Origin: Heptranchias perlo
Taxonomy: Eukaryota
Direction: 5' to 3'
Assembly (NCBI RefSeq): GCF_035084215.1
Contig: NC_090333.1
Span: 69,564,001-69,628,000, forward strand
DNA length: 64,000 nucleotides
Part shown: piece by piece, positions 1 to 11,690 of the stretch
Layout of the letters: every line of letters begins with the position of its first letter
Numbering within the stretch: the first letter of the stretch is position 1
Notes under the pieces: model-generated
Databases searched by the model: none
What the model was told of the DNA's origin: nothing
What the model saw: the letters and a program-made list of their open reading frames with translations, nothing else
Translations under genes and position numbers: made by a program

Positions 1-358
1 CTAAAAGCTTGCTCCATCTACAAACTAAAGTTAACTTTGACTAAGACCCCCCTGATGAAGGGTATACCCACAAAATGACATAATCCATTGTAATATTTTG
101 GGACATTTACCTATATGGCCTGGAGGGGATCTTATTTTACTTCAGGTTATCAGACTGCTATAAAAGGTTAGATTTATCTTACAAATCATCAACTCCCAAA
201 AAAGGCACAACTTCTCGACACAAGGGGTTGATATTATGATCGGTCATGTTACCATTTAACTAGATATTGGACAGTAAAAAGGTGTACTCCAAATCACAAG
301 TGTTAGGTGGGCAACTTATAGGAGTGATCAATGATGCTGAGCCTGAGAGAATATCTAC

Positions 359-597
359 GAACATAAAAACATTAGAAATAGGAGCAGGAGTAGGCCATAC
401 GGCCCCTCGAGCCTGCTCTGCCATTCAACAAGATCATGGCTCATCTTCGACCTCAACTCCACTTTCCTGCCCGATCCCCTCATCCCTCAATTCTCCAAGA
501 GTCCAAAAATCTATCTATCGCAGCCTTGAATATACTCAATGACTCAGCATCCACAGCCCTCTGGGGTAGAGAATTCCAAAGAAGATTCATAACCCTG
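359..597 (-). mobile_element. CR1 LINE 3' end fragment
   Basis: Starts agaaataggagcaggagtaggcc...ctgctctgccattcaa..gatcatggct, the same terminus as the CR1 copies at 34010 and 58170. Confidence 0.85.
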
Positions 598-611
598 CAG
601 ACTATATTTGT

Positions 612-712
612 AACACCTGTCTTTTCTCTTCACAGATGTCAATTAAACTGCTGTGTACTTGTACCATTTTCTGTTTTTATTTCGGATTTTCAACATTTTC
701 AGTTTTTCCTTT
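612..712. repeat. Degenerate Penelope-associated repeat remnant
   Basis: ctcttcacagatg...ctgctg...cattttctgtttttatttcggattttcaacat resembles a common chondrichthyan Penelope-linked repeat (recalled, not searched). Confidence 0.4.
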
Positions 713-759
713 TTAATTGATCCCTTATATACCATCTTTCTGTGTATACTCGACTTTGT

Positions 760-858
760 TTTAACTTCTCTTTCAGGGATTCATCAAGGATTTAAGAATT
801 ATGTTGCTGCAATGAAATTGTTCCTCCAAAACGGACATGGAGAGATGAACTGACCATC
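760..858 (+). promoter_or_regulatory. Splice acceptor (AG at 775-776) and 5'UTR part of the APOBEC4 coding exon, with short uORFs
   Basis: Pyrimidine tract plus CAG|G. ATGs at 801, 812, 837 and 845 all close before 859. Confidence 0.65.
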
Positions 859-1959
859 ATGGCTACTACTTATGAAGAATATATTGCTCCTCGGGGAACA
901 CTGGTGAAGCCTTACTATTGGTTGCCTTTCAGTGAAAGGTGTCCAAAATGCCCATATCACATCAAAACTGGGGAAGAAGCCCGTGTTTCTTACGTGGAAT
1001 TTTATGAAACTTTTGGGTTTCCCTATGCTCAGCCACAGTCTGGCAGGCATCTGGTCTTCTATGAACTGAAGTTGTCATCTGGTACTTTAGTGCAGAAAGG
1101 ACACATAACTAACTGTACTTTATACCACCTTCATCCAGAATCCATGTTCTTCGAAATAGATGGCTATCTGGATACACTCATGGACTCCTACGATAACATT
1201 GCTTATATTACCCTCTACTCCAATTACACCCCGTGTAATGAAAGAGCCCACTACTGCATAAACAAACTGCAGGACTTCTTAGTAAATTATCCCAGCACTA
1301 GGTTGGATATTTATTTCTCTGCACTCTATCATATTGATGATTACTTTTCTGAATCTGGATGGAATAAAGAAGCTCTCCACAATTTGGCAGCACTTTGGCC
1401 TAGGGTGACCCTTAATCCCATCAGTAGTGGGACATGGCTGACTATTTTGCACAGGTTTGTGAATGGTGTGCCTCGGACAACACTTTACAACCCAGTTTCA
1501 CCTGAAAGAGCTTTCGCGGACTTGAGCAATGCCGATCAGATAGTTGCCATCACTGGAGTTAACCCTTCTTACCTAGACGTCGTGCCCCAGGTAAAACAAC
1601 ATCAAAAGCAACATTTCAAACCAGAAATCGTGAACTTATATCCCTTTTCACAAGCACTGCCTCCAATTCTGAATGGAATGGCATTAATATCTCCACATCA
1701 ACCATACATGAATCTTCCAAACATGCTGGCATTGCCTTTGTCTATGTACCCATTTCAAACACAGAACATTAAACCGAAGAATGTTGTGAGACATCTGAAT
1801 ATGCCCGATGCATCCAAATGGAAAAAACCAGCAACCCCATTACCACGCAACGTACAACTAACTGAAATAGTCGAAGTTTTTGAAGTTCCTGTGAAAAGAT
1901 CAACCAATTCAAAGAAACCAAGGAAGACAGGGAAAAAGAAAAAATCTACAAGGGATTAG
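859..1959 (+). CDS. APOBEC4: APOBEC4, putative C->U editing enzyme (AID/APOBEC cytidine deaminase family), 366 aa, CDS in a single exon
   Basis: Uninterrupted ORF with strong Kozak (ccatcATGG). Matches the vertebrate APOBEC4 pattern: YEEY..GTLVKPYYW, CxxCPYHIxTGEEARVS, HPES (HxE, H92/E94), SNYTPCNERAHYC (PC-x6-C), WNKEAL..LA.LWPRV, KPKNVVRHLNMP and a Lys-rich C-terminus. Splice acceptor ttaacttctctttcag| ends at 776. Confidence 0.97.
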   Translation: MATTYEEYIAPRGTLVKPYYWLPFSERCPKCPYHIKTGEEARVSYVEFYETFGFPYAQPQSGRHLVFYELKLSSGTLVQKGHITNCTLYHLHPESMFFEIDGYLDTLMDSYDNIAYITLYSNYTPCNERAHYCINKLQDFLVNYPSTRLDIYFSALYHIDDYFSESGWNKEALHNLAALWPRVTLNPISSGTWLTILHRFVNGVPRTTLYNPVSPERAFADLSNADQIVAITGVNPSYLDVVPQVKQHQKQHFKPEIVNLYPFSQALPPILNGMALISPHQPYMNLPNMLALPLSMYPFQTQNIKPKNVVRHLNMPDASKWKKPATPLPRNVQLTEIVEVFEVPVKRSTNSKKPRKTGKKKKSTRD

Positions 1960-2094
1960 CTGACAAAAACAGCTCTTTTAAACTGGGATAAACTTCAAAC
2001 CAAAGCTGGATCCCATTTAGACAGCACTAAGGACTACTGTTTGGCTCAATACATTCCACCACAACTGCTTTTTCATAAACTTTGCACAGAAAAT

Positions 2095-3990
2095 ACAATA
2101 GGACTAAGTCATTTACACCATCAACCCTATTCAACCACTTATATTAGCCATGGCAACTTCATTTTTTAATCCCAGTTCCTTCCCTTTTCTCCCCATCCTG
2201 TAATACCCTCATTTCCCAAGTATCTGTCTCCAAATTAAACAGCTCAGGTCACTTTGCTGTTTCTCCTGGAACATTACATTCTCAAATCTTTTGCGTGAAG
2301 TTTTTTGCCTGGATTCACTTTTGATGAGCTTTGCTTGAATTCCAAGTCTATCTCTCCTTGTTCTGGATTCTCACTCAAAAGTTGTTCCTCTTCTCCCCTC
2401 TCAATCAAATCATCTCCAGGAAATATAATCCAATTTTATCCAATCTATCATAATTCAGTCTTTATCCCAGGTATGCCTGGATGAGTGCAGCGCCAACAAC
2501 ACAAGCTCGACATCATCCAAGATAAAGCAGCCCACTTGATTGGCACCCCATCCACCACCCTAAACATTCACTCCCTTCACCACCGGCGCACATGGCTACA
2601 GTGTGTACCATCCACAGGATGCACTGCAGCAACTCGCCAAGGCTTCTTCAACAGCATCTCCCAAACCCGCAACCTCCACCACCTAGAAGGACAAGAGCAG
2701 CAGGCACATGGGAACAACACCACCTGCACGTTCCCCCCCCCCCCCCCACAAGTCACACACCATCCCGACTTGGAAATATATCGCCGTTCCTTCATCGTCG
2801 CTGGGTTAAAATCCTGGAACTCCCTTCCTAACAGCACTGTGGGAGAACCTTCACCACCAGTGGATCAAGGCGGCGGCTCACCATCACCTTCTCAAGGGCA
2901 ATTAGGGATGGGCAATAAACGCTGGCCTTGCCAGCGACGCCCATATCCCATAAATGAATAATAATCATGCTGGTGAATTGTCACAGTACTTTCTGAGGCC
3001 AGCATATTCTTCCTAGGGTGAGGTGCCCAAAACTAAACACAATATTCCACAAGTCTTGAGTGCTCTGTAAAACTGCAGTAGGACTTATTTTTATATTCGA
3101 CTCCATCACACTAGGTAGAGATAATTTTTTTGCACTCCGAGCTAGCTTTAATGATTACGTACCGAGACCCCTAAATCCCTTTCCTAATCCACCATTCCAG
3201 TACTTCGCTTAGATTATACTCCACCTGCCATCCTTACATGCAATGTGTGCCACCTCCCACTTTATGTTAAACTGCCTCTGCCATCATTCTGCCCATTGAT
3301 TTATTTGATGCATACTCTTTTACAATTTTCTTCACTCTTCTTCACAATTCACTAGCCAAGTATCACGAGGTGAGCATTGATCTCTGAGGAACACCACTTG
3401 TCACAGCTTGCCATTCCAAGAATGCTCTTCATCCCAATTTACTGCCTTCTCCCGCATAGCCTCATGTCATGGGTAGGAAATTCCACAGGCTTCGGTTTTA
3501 GCTAGAAATCTCGTGTGGAACCATATCAAATGAATTCTGAAAATCCATGCACAAGACATCCATTTATCTTCTGTCCACCACCTCAGGTGACTGTTCGTTA
3601 AACAAGACCTATTTTTCACAAAGCCATGCCACCTCTCCCTAATCAGCTTATTGTCTTTCAAGCACTTAATTACTGTCTGATGATTGATTCTAGCAATTTC
3701 CTCACTACTGATAAGCTCACTAGCCTATATTAACCTACATTGTCCCTTCTGCCATCATATCAATGATTTCCAGACAGGGTTAGATGAAGTAGGGAGGGAG
3801 GAGGAGGAAGCTCGTGTGCAGCATAAACACCAGCATCGACCAGTTGGGCCAATTGGCCATTTTCTCTGCTGTAAATTCTATGTAATTTTATGTAATTCCT
3901 CCTCTTTTGAACAAAGGTTTACAATTTACTATCTTCCAATCCTTTGGTCCTAGGCACAACTCCAGTAATCTTTAGAAGACTATTAACAAA
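2095..3990 (-). mobile_element. Old, highly decayed CR1 ORF2 remnant, interrupted by a younger LINE at 2475-2960
   Basis: Minus-strand residual motifs (HGFVKNRSCLTN in ORF 3467-3661) and ctggtgaat../tgcccaaaact segments. Confidence 0.6.
2475..2960 (+). mobile_element. 3' fragment of a second CR1-group LINE family ('family B')
   Basis: IQDKAAHLIG..HSLHHRR..RSFIVAG.KSWNSLP ORF2 C-terminus. 3' end ggatgggcaataaacgctggccttgccagcgacgccca..atgaataa is shared with copies at 22643, 35567, 61273 and 63857. Confidence 0.85.
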
Positions 3991-4629
3991 TCTCCAATTA
4001 CTTCACTTTTTTTTTTAAAAGCAGTGATTCAGAAATATTTAATATATTCACCAAAAGCTGATGATGCCAGCACAACTCACTTGTAAAGACCTGACCGTAT
4101 CAGGGAGATTAGTTGAAATGTTGTGCCTGGGTTACTGACCATCTCCATTGATGCTAATTCACATTCTCCACTATGTCAGGCTTAGCAATTTGCCAATCTA
4201 TGGTTTAATTTGAAAAATGGAGAACTGACAATGAATATCCAAAACATCTGTATGGCTGGTTTTGGACAGCCACTGAAACCTGGTTTCAGGAACTCATTTA
4301 GTGCAAATAAAACAAAATGATGAAAGACAAGATCCTTCTTGTGTAAAACAAGATTTCATCTCAAGAAGAAAAAAGTTCACAGAAATCATTTTAAAACTCA
4401 ATCATATTTTGTTTCCTTTAAGTTTCAAATTGGGGATAGCAAGTCACAATTTCAGACATGATTAAAGACAATTTGCCAGCCAACTTATTTCAAGAGCTGT
4501 ACTCTCTATAATAAACAGATCATTCAAAATGGGTTTTAGTAGAGTTATTACCAGTTAAAATATATTAAACAGATTAGACTTGGATTGTGAAAAAAAGTCA
4601 CTGTAGTAAGCTTTACATGCTAATAGCTC

Positions 4630-6358
4630 CGAACCAAACAGTTAATCTTTATTATTGTAGCAGTTTAATTTTGTATTTTAAGTTTCCAAGCTGTGGTGAA
4701 TATATGTATTCTCAAAAATAAACCAGATGGGAATGCAAAAGTAAGCAATAAAAAAACCCTGCAACAAATACTGCAAAATTCCTTGTGTATACTTTAGATA
4801 AAGTAGGAGCAGACTGCAATACAGATTTCAAATATATTCATGGGGGGAGGGGTAAAAAAAGGAAAAGTACAACTCGATAAAAAAAAGTCTGTTCAACACT
4901 TCTGCTAGCTCAAACAACAACCCAACCTCCTACCAGAGTTTTGTTTTAAAAGGTAATGATGCTTTTGCCAAAAAAAATTCAACATTAAAAAAGCTAAACA
5001 CACATTGTATCAACATTTACAGCCTATTCAGAGGTTAATGGATGACTGTACCAAGCCACCGATAGCAATGATCAATCATGTAAAGTCATCGGAATGACTC
5101 AGGTGACATGCAACACAATTACTCATCCATTATTTTATACATTGTTGCTGGGTACTGCCTGTTTGTAGGGAAGTCAATCGGCTGCAGCCAATAGAATGAG
5201 GTCAAATACACATTTATAAACAGATTATTAAAAGGTATTCCTGACTGGATGTGGAATGCTACAAATAAAATAAAGTCACATTATAAACCAATCTAGGAGT
5301 ACAGTCACACTACAAGTGTAGCATCCTCTCTAAACAGTTTTAGCTTCACATTGACACTAAACTCATGTACAAGTCCAGTGTCAAGAGCCAACCCGACTCT
5401 GGGGTCAGCATCAGGCCCCAACTCCAGTTCAGGGTTCAGTTATACAATACCTGCAGCACCCGTCACACAGACACTACAACTGTAGTGTAAATGCACCCAA
5501 TGACTAGCTGATCAGACTTTGCTGATTAACATGGTTTCATTTTCTCAATCTGCTCATAAGCAAACTCAGGTATAATATATGCATTTTTGTTTCCAGATCC
5601 TAAGTATTGGAATGCCACTGTACAGTACATTTGATTTATGGGGGAGGGGGAAAAAGGGAGAAGAAAGTAGAAAAGTGGCAAGAAATGAAGATAAATTTGT
5701 AGACATCCAGTCCTTGGGTGTTCTGCGCACACCTCCCCTAGTTTGTAAAAAGCATGTCTTTGACGACATTAGTATGTGGCAGAAACTCCTTGCACCACTT
5801 CAAAGAATACTAGAGAAACTTCACAGACAATGTGTGTGTTTTGATTATAAAAATACCTCTTCAAGATTCAGCTTGGAAAAGGTTAATTACGATATGATTA
5901 CAGAATGATATTTAAAACAAACTTTTTATTGCATCCTGTTTATAGCTTTACTTATGCAAGTAAAACAAAAGGAGCCAGCGTTTCCACCCCCAGCATATCA
6001 ACACTTCTGAGGTCCCATTGATTTCTGGAGGTATTGTTATGTTTTGTTGTTAACACCATACGCCTATTGTCAGTTTACAGCTGTATCACAGCAAATTCCC
6101 CAAGTGTAAATATTATAATGTTCTTCAGCCAAGAGGCCCTAGGAAATTGACTTCATCTGCCCTGTGGCGTTGGAGACTTTGTATTTATGTTCCGTTCTTT
6201 TTTGTAAATAGAAATTCAGTGTAGGCGCGGAGTTACCCAATGAGAGGAGGAATAAAAACCATGGATGAATCAAACTCGACACCTCAACATACCTGCCAGC
6301 AGCTGGTTGCAGTGTCATTGGCAGAGGTGGCTGCCTTTGTGCAAGTGGCATGGTGGAT
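4630..6358 (-). other. Candidate terminal exon / 3'UTR of an unidentified minus-strand transcript
   Basis: TE-free and U-rich on the minus strand. Minus-strand AATAAA at ~5924-5929 and ~4648-4653. Possible acceptor aatttag|ATCC at 6358/6359 opens a frame running to TAG at 6139. Confidence 0.4.
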
Positions 6359-6789
6359 CTAAATTAGATTTTAAAAATATTTTAAATTTGTGAGTGTAGT
6401 ATAGCGTATTCCATGAATGGAATGGAAGCCCAGATAAAAGTTGCTTGATTACATTGATCTAAATTGAAGGTGATTTTTGTGTAAACATGTTAAAGTAAAA
6501 ATTAACCTGTCAGATGGGAAACATCTTCCTACATATGATAATTATGGCCTCAATATAATGAGCATAATTGGATTAGGGTAGGGGCAGAGATCTGTATACA
6601 AACATGACCAGAAAAATGTAACTCCATTAGATACTGTGGTTGAAATATCAATGACAGTTTGAAGTGCATGGGACCAGTTCACCAATATTGGCTCATCAAA
6701 ATTGCCATAAGATTACTATTTTTTGGTTTTGCAGAATTTTAAAATGGCACACCAATGTAAAAGGTTGAATTGAATGCTAAATCATAGAA

Positions 6790-8712
6790 TCATACAGGAG
6801 AGAGCACGAGAGCAAGAGCTGGAAAGAAGGAAGATGGAAGGAAGGGAGGTTACAGAGATAGGGAGAGGAAGAGGCCATGGAGGGATTTAAACATGGGGAT
6901 GCGAATTTTAAATGTGAGGCATTGGTGGACCAGGAGCCAATGTAGGAGAGTGAGCACAGGGGTAATGGGTGAGCAGGACTTGGAGAGTTAGGATACAAGC
7001 AGGAGTTTTGGATGAGCTCAAGGTTATGGAGGGTCGAGGATGAGGCCAGGAGAACATTAAAACATAATAGAGTCTGGAGGTAGCAAAATCATGGCTAAGG
7101 GATCCAGCAGCAGATGGGCTGAGGGAGGGGTGGAGACAGGCAATGGGCCGTCTTTCTGACGGACAGGATATGGAGTTGGAAGCTCAGCTCAGAGTCAAAT
7201 AGGACGCAGAGGTTGCAAACAGTCTGGTTCAGCCCGAGACAATGGCTAGGAAGGGGAATGGAATCAGTGGCAAGGGAATGGAGTTTGTGGCGAGCGACAA
7301 AAACAATGGCTTTGATCTTCCCAATGTTTAATTGGAAGAAATTACATCTCATCCAGGTCTAGATGAGAGACAACAAGCGGGGGTGGGGGGGGGGGGGGGT
7401 GGTGAGAGAAGTGGAGGAGAGGTAGAGCTGGGAGTCAGTGTAAATCTGGAAACCTGACACCATGTGTTAGGATGACATTGCTGAGAGGTAGCATGTAGAT
7501 GAGAAATAGAATGAGACCAAGAAAAGATCCTAGTGGGACTCGAGGTAATGGTACAGGGGCAATAAGTGAAGCTATTGCAGGAAATTCCCCGGCTACAATT
7601 GGATAGGTAAGACTTGAACCAGGCGAGGGCAGTCCTACTCAGCTGGACAATGGAAGGGAGGCGTTGGTGGAAGATGGTGTGGTCAACCATGTCAAAGGCT
7701 GCAAAACTGGTCAAAAAGGATGAGGGATCGTTTACCATGGTCTCTGTCACAGGGAATGTCACGTGAGACCTACTAGGGCTGTTTCAGTGCTGCAGCAGGG
7801 GTGGAAAACTGATCGGAGGTTGAAACATGAAGTTGCAGGAAAGATGGGCATGAATTTGGGAGGCGACAACACGTTCAAGGACTTGAGGGGAAAGGGAGGT
7901 TGGAGATGGGGGCGGTAGTTTGCAAGGACAGAGGGGTCAAGGGTGAGGTTTTTTTGAGGCGGGGCATGATGACAGCAGGGAGGGGCACAGTACCTGAAGA
8001 GAGGGAATAGTTTACAATATCAGCAGCATGGGGGCCAGGAAGGGACGTTGAGTGGTCAGCAGTTTAGTGGGAATAAGGTCGAGGGAGCAGGAGGTGGGTC
8101 TGAAGGACAAAATGTGCTTGGAAAGGATAGGAGAGGAGATAGCTCAGATGTGATTTGAGGGGCTAGGGCATTGGGGCAAGGGGAAGGAAGGGATGCAGCA
8201 GAGGCAGCTGAATGGATGGTCTCAATCTTAGTGATAAAGATTTCAATGAGCTCCTCACACTTGTTGGAGGGAAGAGCAGGAGAGGTTTAAGGAGACGGTT
8301 GGTAGCGGAGAAAAGTAGCCAGGGGTTATCCTTGCATTCCAGGATAATCCTAGAGTAGCAAGCGGTTTTGGCAGCGGAGAACAGGGTCCAACAGTGCTTT
8401 ATGTGGTCTAACCAGATCTGGCAATGAATGGCTAAACTAGTTGTGCATTATATACATTCAAATCTGCATCCCTTGGACTTAAGGGAGCAAAGGTGGGGGC
8501 CGTATCAGATGGAATGACCAGGGTGGGAGAGAGCAATGGTTTTACTGGGAACAAGGTCATCAAAGGCAGAGATGAGTGTATGATTGAGCAGATCGATAGC
8601 TGCAGAAGTATCATGGTAAATGGAAAGCCAAAGGTTGGACAGTTGGGAGTTTGAAAGTGCCGTTGCAAATGATTTGGGGGTCTGCAGCAGGAGCCAAAAT
8701 GTGCACACAAAA
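6790..8712 (-). mobile_element. L2 LINE fragment (decayed ORF2)
   Basis: AAFDMVDHTI..LAWF.SYLS RT motif (7349-7762) and NFFQLNIGK..LCVLFDSELSF motif (7095-7352). Homologous to 42004-42793. Confidence 0.85.
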
Positions 8713-8756
8713 TGGAGAGAGGAAATCCAGGTTACTGAATCATAAGTTACTTAAAC

Positions 8757-9580
8757 TTGATAGATTAAGTGAGTGGGCAAAACCGTGGCAGATGGAGTTC
8801 AATATGGGGAAGTGTAAGGTCATCCACTTTGGACCTAAGATAGATAGATCAGAGTATTTTCTAAATGGCAAGAAGTTAGGAACTGTGGATGAGCAAACAA
8901 ATTGAGAGGTGCAAGTACAGAAATCACAAAGCTAGTGGACAGGTACAAAAAAAAATAATGAAGGCAGCTAACAGTATGTTGGCCTTTTTCTCAAGAGGGC
9001 TGGAAGTTATTTTACAGATGTAGAGAGCTGTGGTTAGTCCCCATCTGGTGTACTGTCTTCAGTTCTGGGCACCGCACCGCAGGAAGGATGTATTAGCCTT
9101 GGAAGGGGTGCAGCGCAGATTCACCAGAATGATACTACGGCTAAAAGGGTCAAGGTACGAGGACACGTTGCATAAACTAGGCTCGTGTTCCCTTGAATAT
9201 AGAAGATTAAGTGGTGATCTAATTTAAGTGTTTAAGATGATCAAAGGAGTTGATAGAGAGAAACTATTTCCTCTGGTGGGAAGTCCAGAACAAGGCACAA
9301 CCTTAAAATTAGAGCAAGGCCGTTCAGGGGTGATGTCAGGAAGCACTTCTTCACACAAAGGGTAGTGGAAATCTGGAACTATCCCCCAAAAAGCTGTTGA
9401 GGCTGGGGGTCAATTGAAAATTTCAAAACTGAAATTGGTCGATTGTTAGGCGAGGGTATTAAGGGTTATGGAACCAAGGATGGTAAAGGGAGTTAAGATA
9501 CAGACTGGCCATGATCTAACTGAATGGTGGAACAGGCTCGAGGGGCTGAATGGCCTAGTCCTGTTCACATGCTCCTAAGC
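8757..9580 (+). mobile_element. CR1 LINE, 5'-truncated
   Basis: LSEWA..WQMEFN.GKCKVIHFG, LV.PHL.YC.QFWAP and the CR1 3' terminus. Confidence 0.88.
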
Positions 9581-10854
9581 TCAAACTTCATCTTCTGTAC
9601 AATGTTAGTTGGAAAAGAAGGATTTTTTTCTCTCCCAGTAGTGGGTGTTCTTGTTGTAGTTAAAGCAGTTTAGAAGGAGCCTTAACTCTGCATGTGACCA
9701 TGCTATAACTGATCTAGCAATGCTTGACCATGACACCAAGTGCCCATATCAGAATCAGGCTCCATTTTTCAGCAAGACATCCTTCACCTTAAACAGACAT
9801 TAAAGAGTCATCCGAAAGCCACTGAAATAATTCTGACCTTCTAGAGACAGTGTCTTTGATGACTAACATAATTCAATAAAAACGAGCAACACCAAACAAT
9901 TTTTACTGGAGATAAAACACAAAATTTAAGACTCAATTATAAATGTTGATTAAAAAACATGGAAACTCAATCAGATCAACATGGCAACTACTGATAAATG
10001 TTGAAGTCTATTTTTATTATAAATACAGCCCAGTTGTCATTACTCTAGACAGTAGCTTTAACCAAGGTTCTTGTCACGTCTAACTCTAATCTGTTCATCA
10101 AGTCAGCAAACACTCAAGCTGCAAGGTCTTCTCTCTTTCTGCAGAAACACTGCAGTCATTTCTTCAGGACAAAGATAGAGGAGGTCTAATCAGCAAATAA
10201 ACCATCCAGGCTGATTAGTTCCCCAGACTTACTACAGGCAATGATTCAATGTACCCGTACAATCAATCTGTTTCCACAACATTTAGAATTCGGTTTTCAA
10301 TCTTTTTTAATGCATTCTTCATTCTGCATTTATTTCTGTTCAACCTCATTCAGTTCAGTACAATTCAATAGATCTTTGGACAATAATTGAAAGACAGCAG
10401 GACACAAAGGTTTCAATACAAGAATCTTTCAGTAGAGTTATGAAAGCTATGAAAGTGTAGTCAGAGGTCACTTTATAGGAACCTCCCAGAGCAATGGAAG
10501 GTGATGCCCTTGAATTGTTTCAGCATCTGTTAACACGAAGTCACATGCTCCTTGCTACTTTTTCTTTATGCACACACATTTCCTTTCAGACTTTGCTTAG
10601 TCAATGTTTCACTATATTGGTTGTGCCAGTCTCATTTATTTTTTTGGTTGTGTACACACTTCTCGTCCAATTTAATTTCAGCCTCTTTCTCTCCTCCCGC
10701 TTCCACCCACTCCCCCCACCACCCTATTACCATGGGGATGGATTGTAGTTTAGGTACAGCAGTTAAGGCTGCATTTACACTGCAAATATTGTATCAATAC
10801 AAAATGGTTTTGCATGCACGCTGATGCAAAAGTGGTAGTATAACTAAAAACTGC

Positions 10855-11690
10855 TGAGCACATTAGAGCCATGACATAACTTTGTAGGTAGCAGGACAAG
10901 TTAATGCGGATGTTAAAAAGGCATACAGGATCATTGGCTTTACAAATAGAGGCCTAGAGTACAAAAGCAAGGAAGTTATACTAAACCTTTATAAATCACT
11001 CGATAGGCCTCAGCTGGAGTATTGTATCCAATTCTGTGCACCACACTTTAGGAAGAATGTCAATGCCTGAGAGGGTGCAGAGGAGAATTACATAGAATGT
11101 ACAGAAAAAGGCCATTTGGCCCAACAGGTCTATGCCAGTGTTTATGCTCCACACAAGCCGCCTCCCTCCTTACTTGATCTAACCCTATTAGCATATCCTT
11201 CTATTCCTTTCTCCCTCATGTGTTTTTCTAGCTTCCCCTTAATTTACTATTATTCCAGGGATGAGGGACTTCAGTTATGTGGAGACTAGAGAAACTGGGA
11301 TTAAGGTTAAGGGGCAATATAATAGAGAAGTTCAAAATTATGAAGGATTTTGATAGAGTAAATAAGGATAAACTGTTTCCACTAGCAGGAGGATTGGGAA
11401 CCAGAGGGCACAGATTTAAGATATTTGGCAAAAGCAGAGGGGAGATGAGAATTTTTTTTTAATGCAGCAAGTTTTAATGATCTGGAATTTACTGCCTAAA
11501 AGGGTGGTGGAAGCAGAGTCAATACCAACTTTCAAAAGGGAATTGGACAAATACTTCAAAAGGAAAAATTTGCAGGGCTATAGGGAAAGAGCAGGGGAGT
11601 GGGACTAATTAGATAGTTCTTTCAAAGAGCCAGCACAGGCACGATGGGCTGAATGGCCTCCTTCTGTGCTGCAAGATTTTATGATTCTGT
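10855..11690 (+). mobile_element. CR1 LINE 3' part, with an inverted CR1 3' end (~11089-11240) nested inside
   Basis: RPQLEYC.QF and KLFPLAGG..TRGHRFKI motifs, tail atgattctgtga. Nested block catagaatg..ggccatttggcccaac is in the opposite orientation. Confidence 0.82.

Noticed and set aside
51-80. Hammerhead-ribozyme-like core (ctgatga-agggt..accc)
   Set aside because: The required GAAA is absent (acaaaa) and stems I/III are not evident; at most a dead remnant.
5526-5908. Short ORFs on both strands
   Set aside because: Low-complexity, UTR-like sequence with no recognisable motifs.
6270-6358. Selenoprotein-like reading (..HLCQ-UGA-HCNQL..) on the minus strand
   Set aside because: No convincing SECIS found by eye in the downstream UTR and no family resemblance.
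10233-10267. Possible 35-nt minus-strand exon with gtaagt donor
   Set aside because: Acceptor lacks a polypyrimidine tract.
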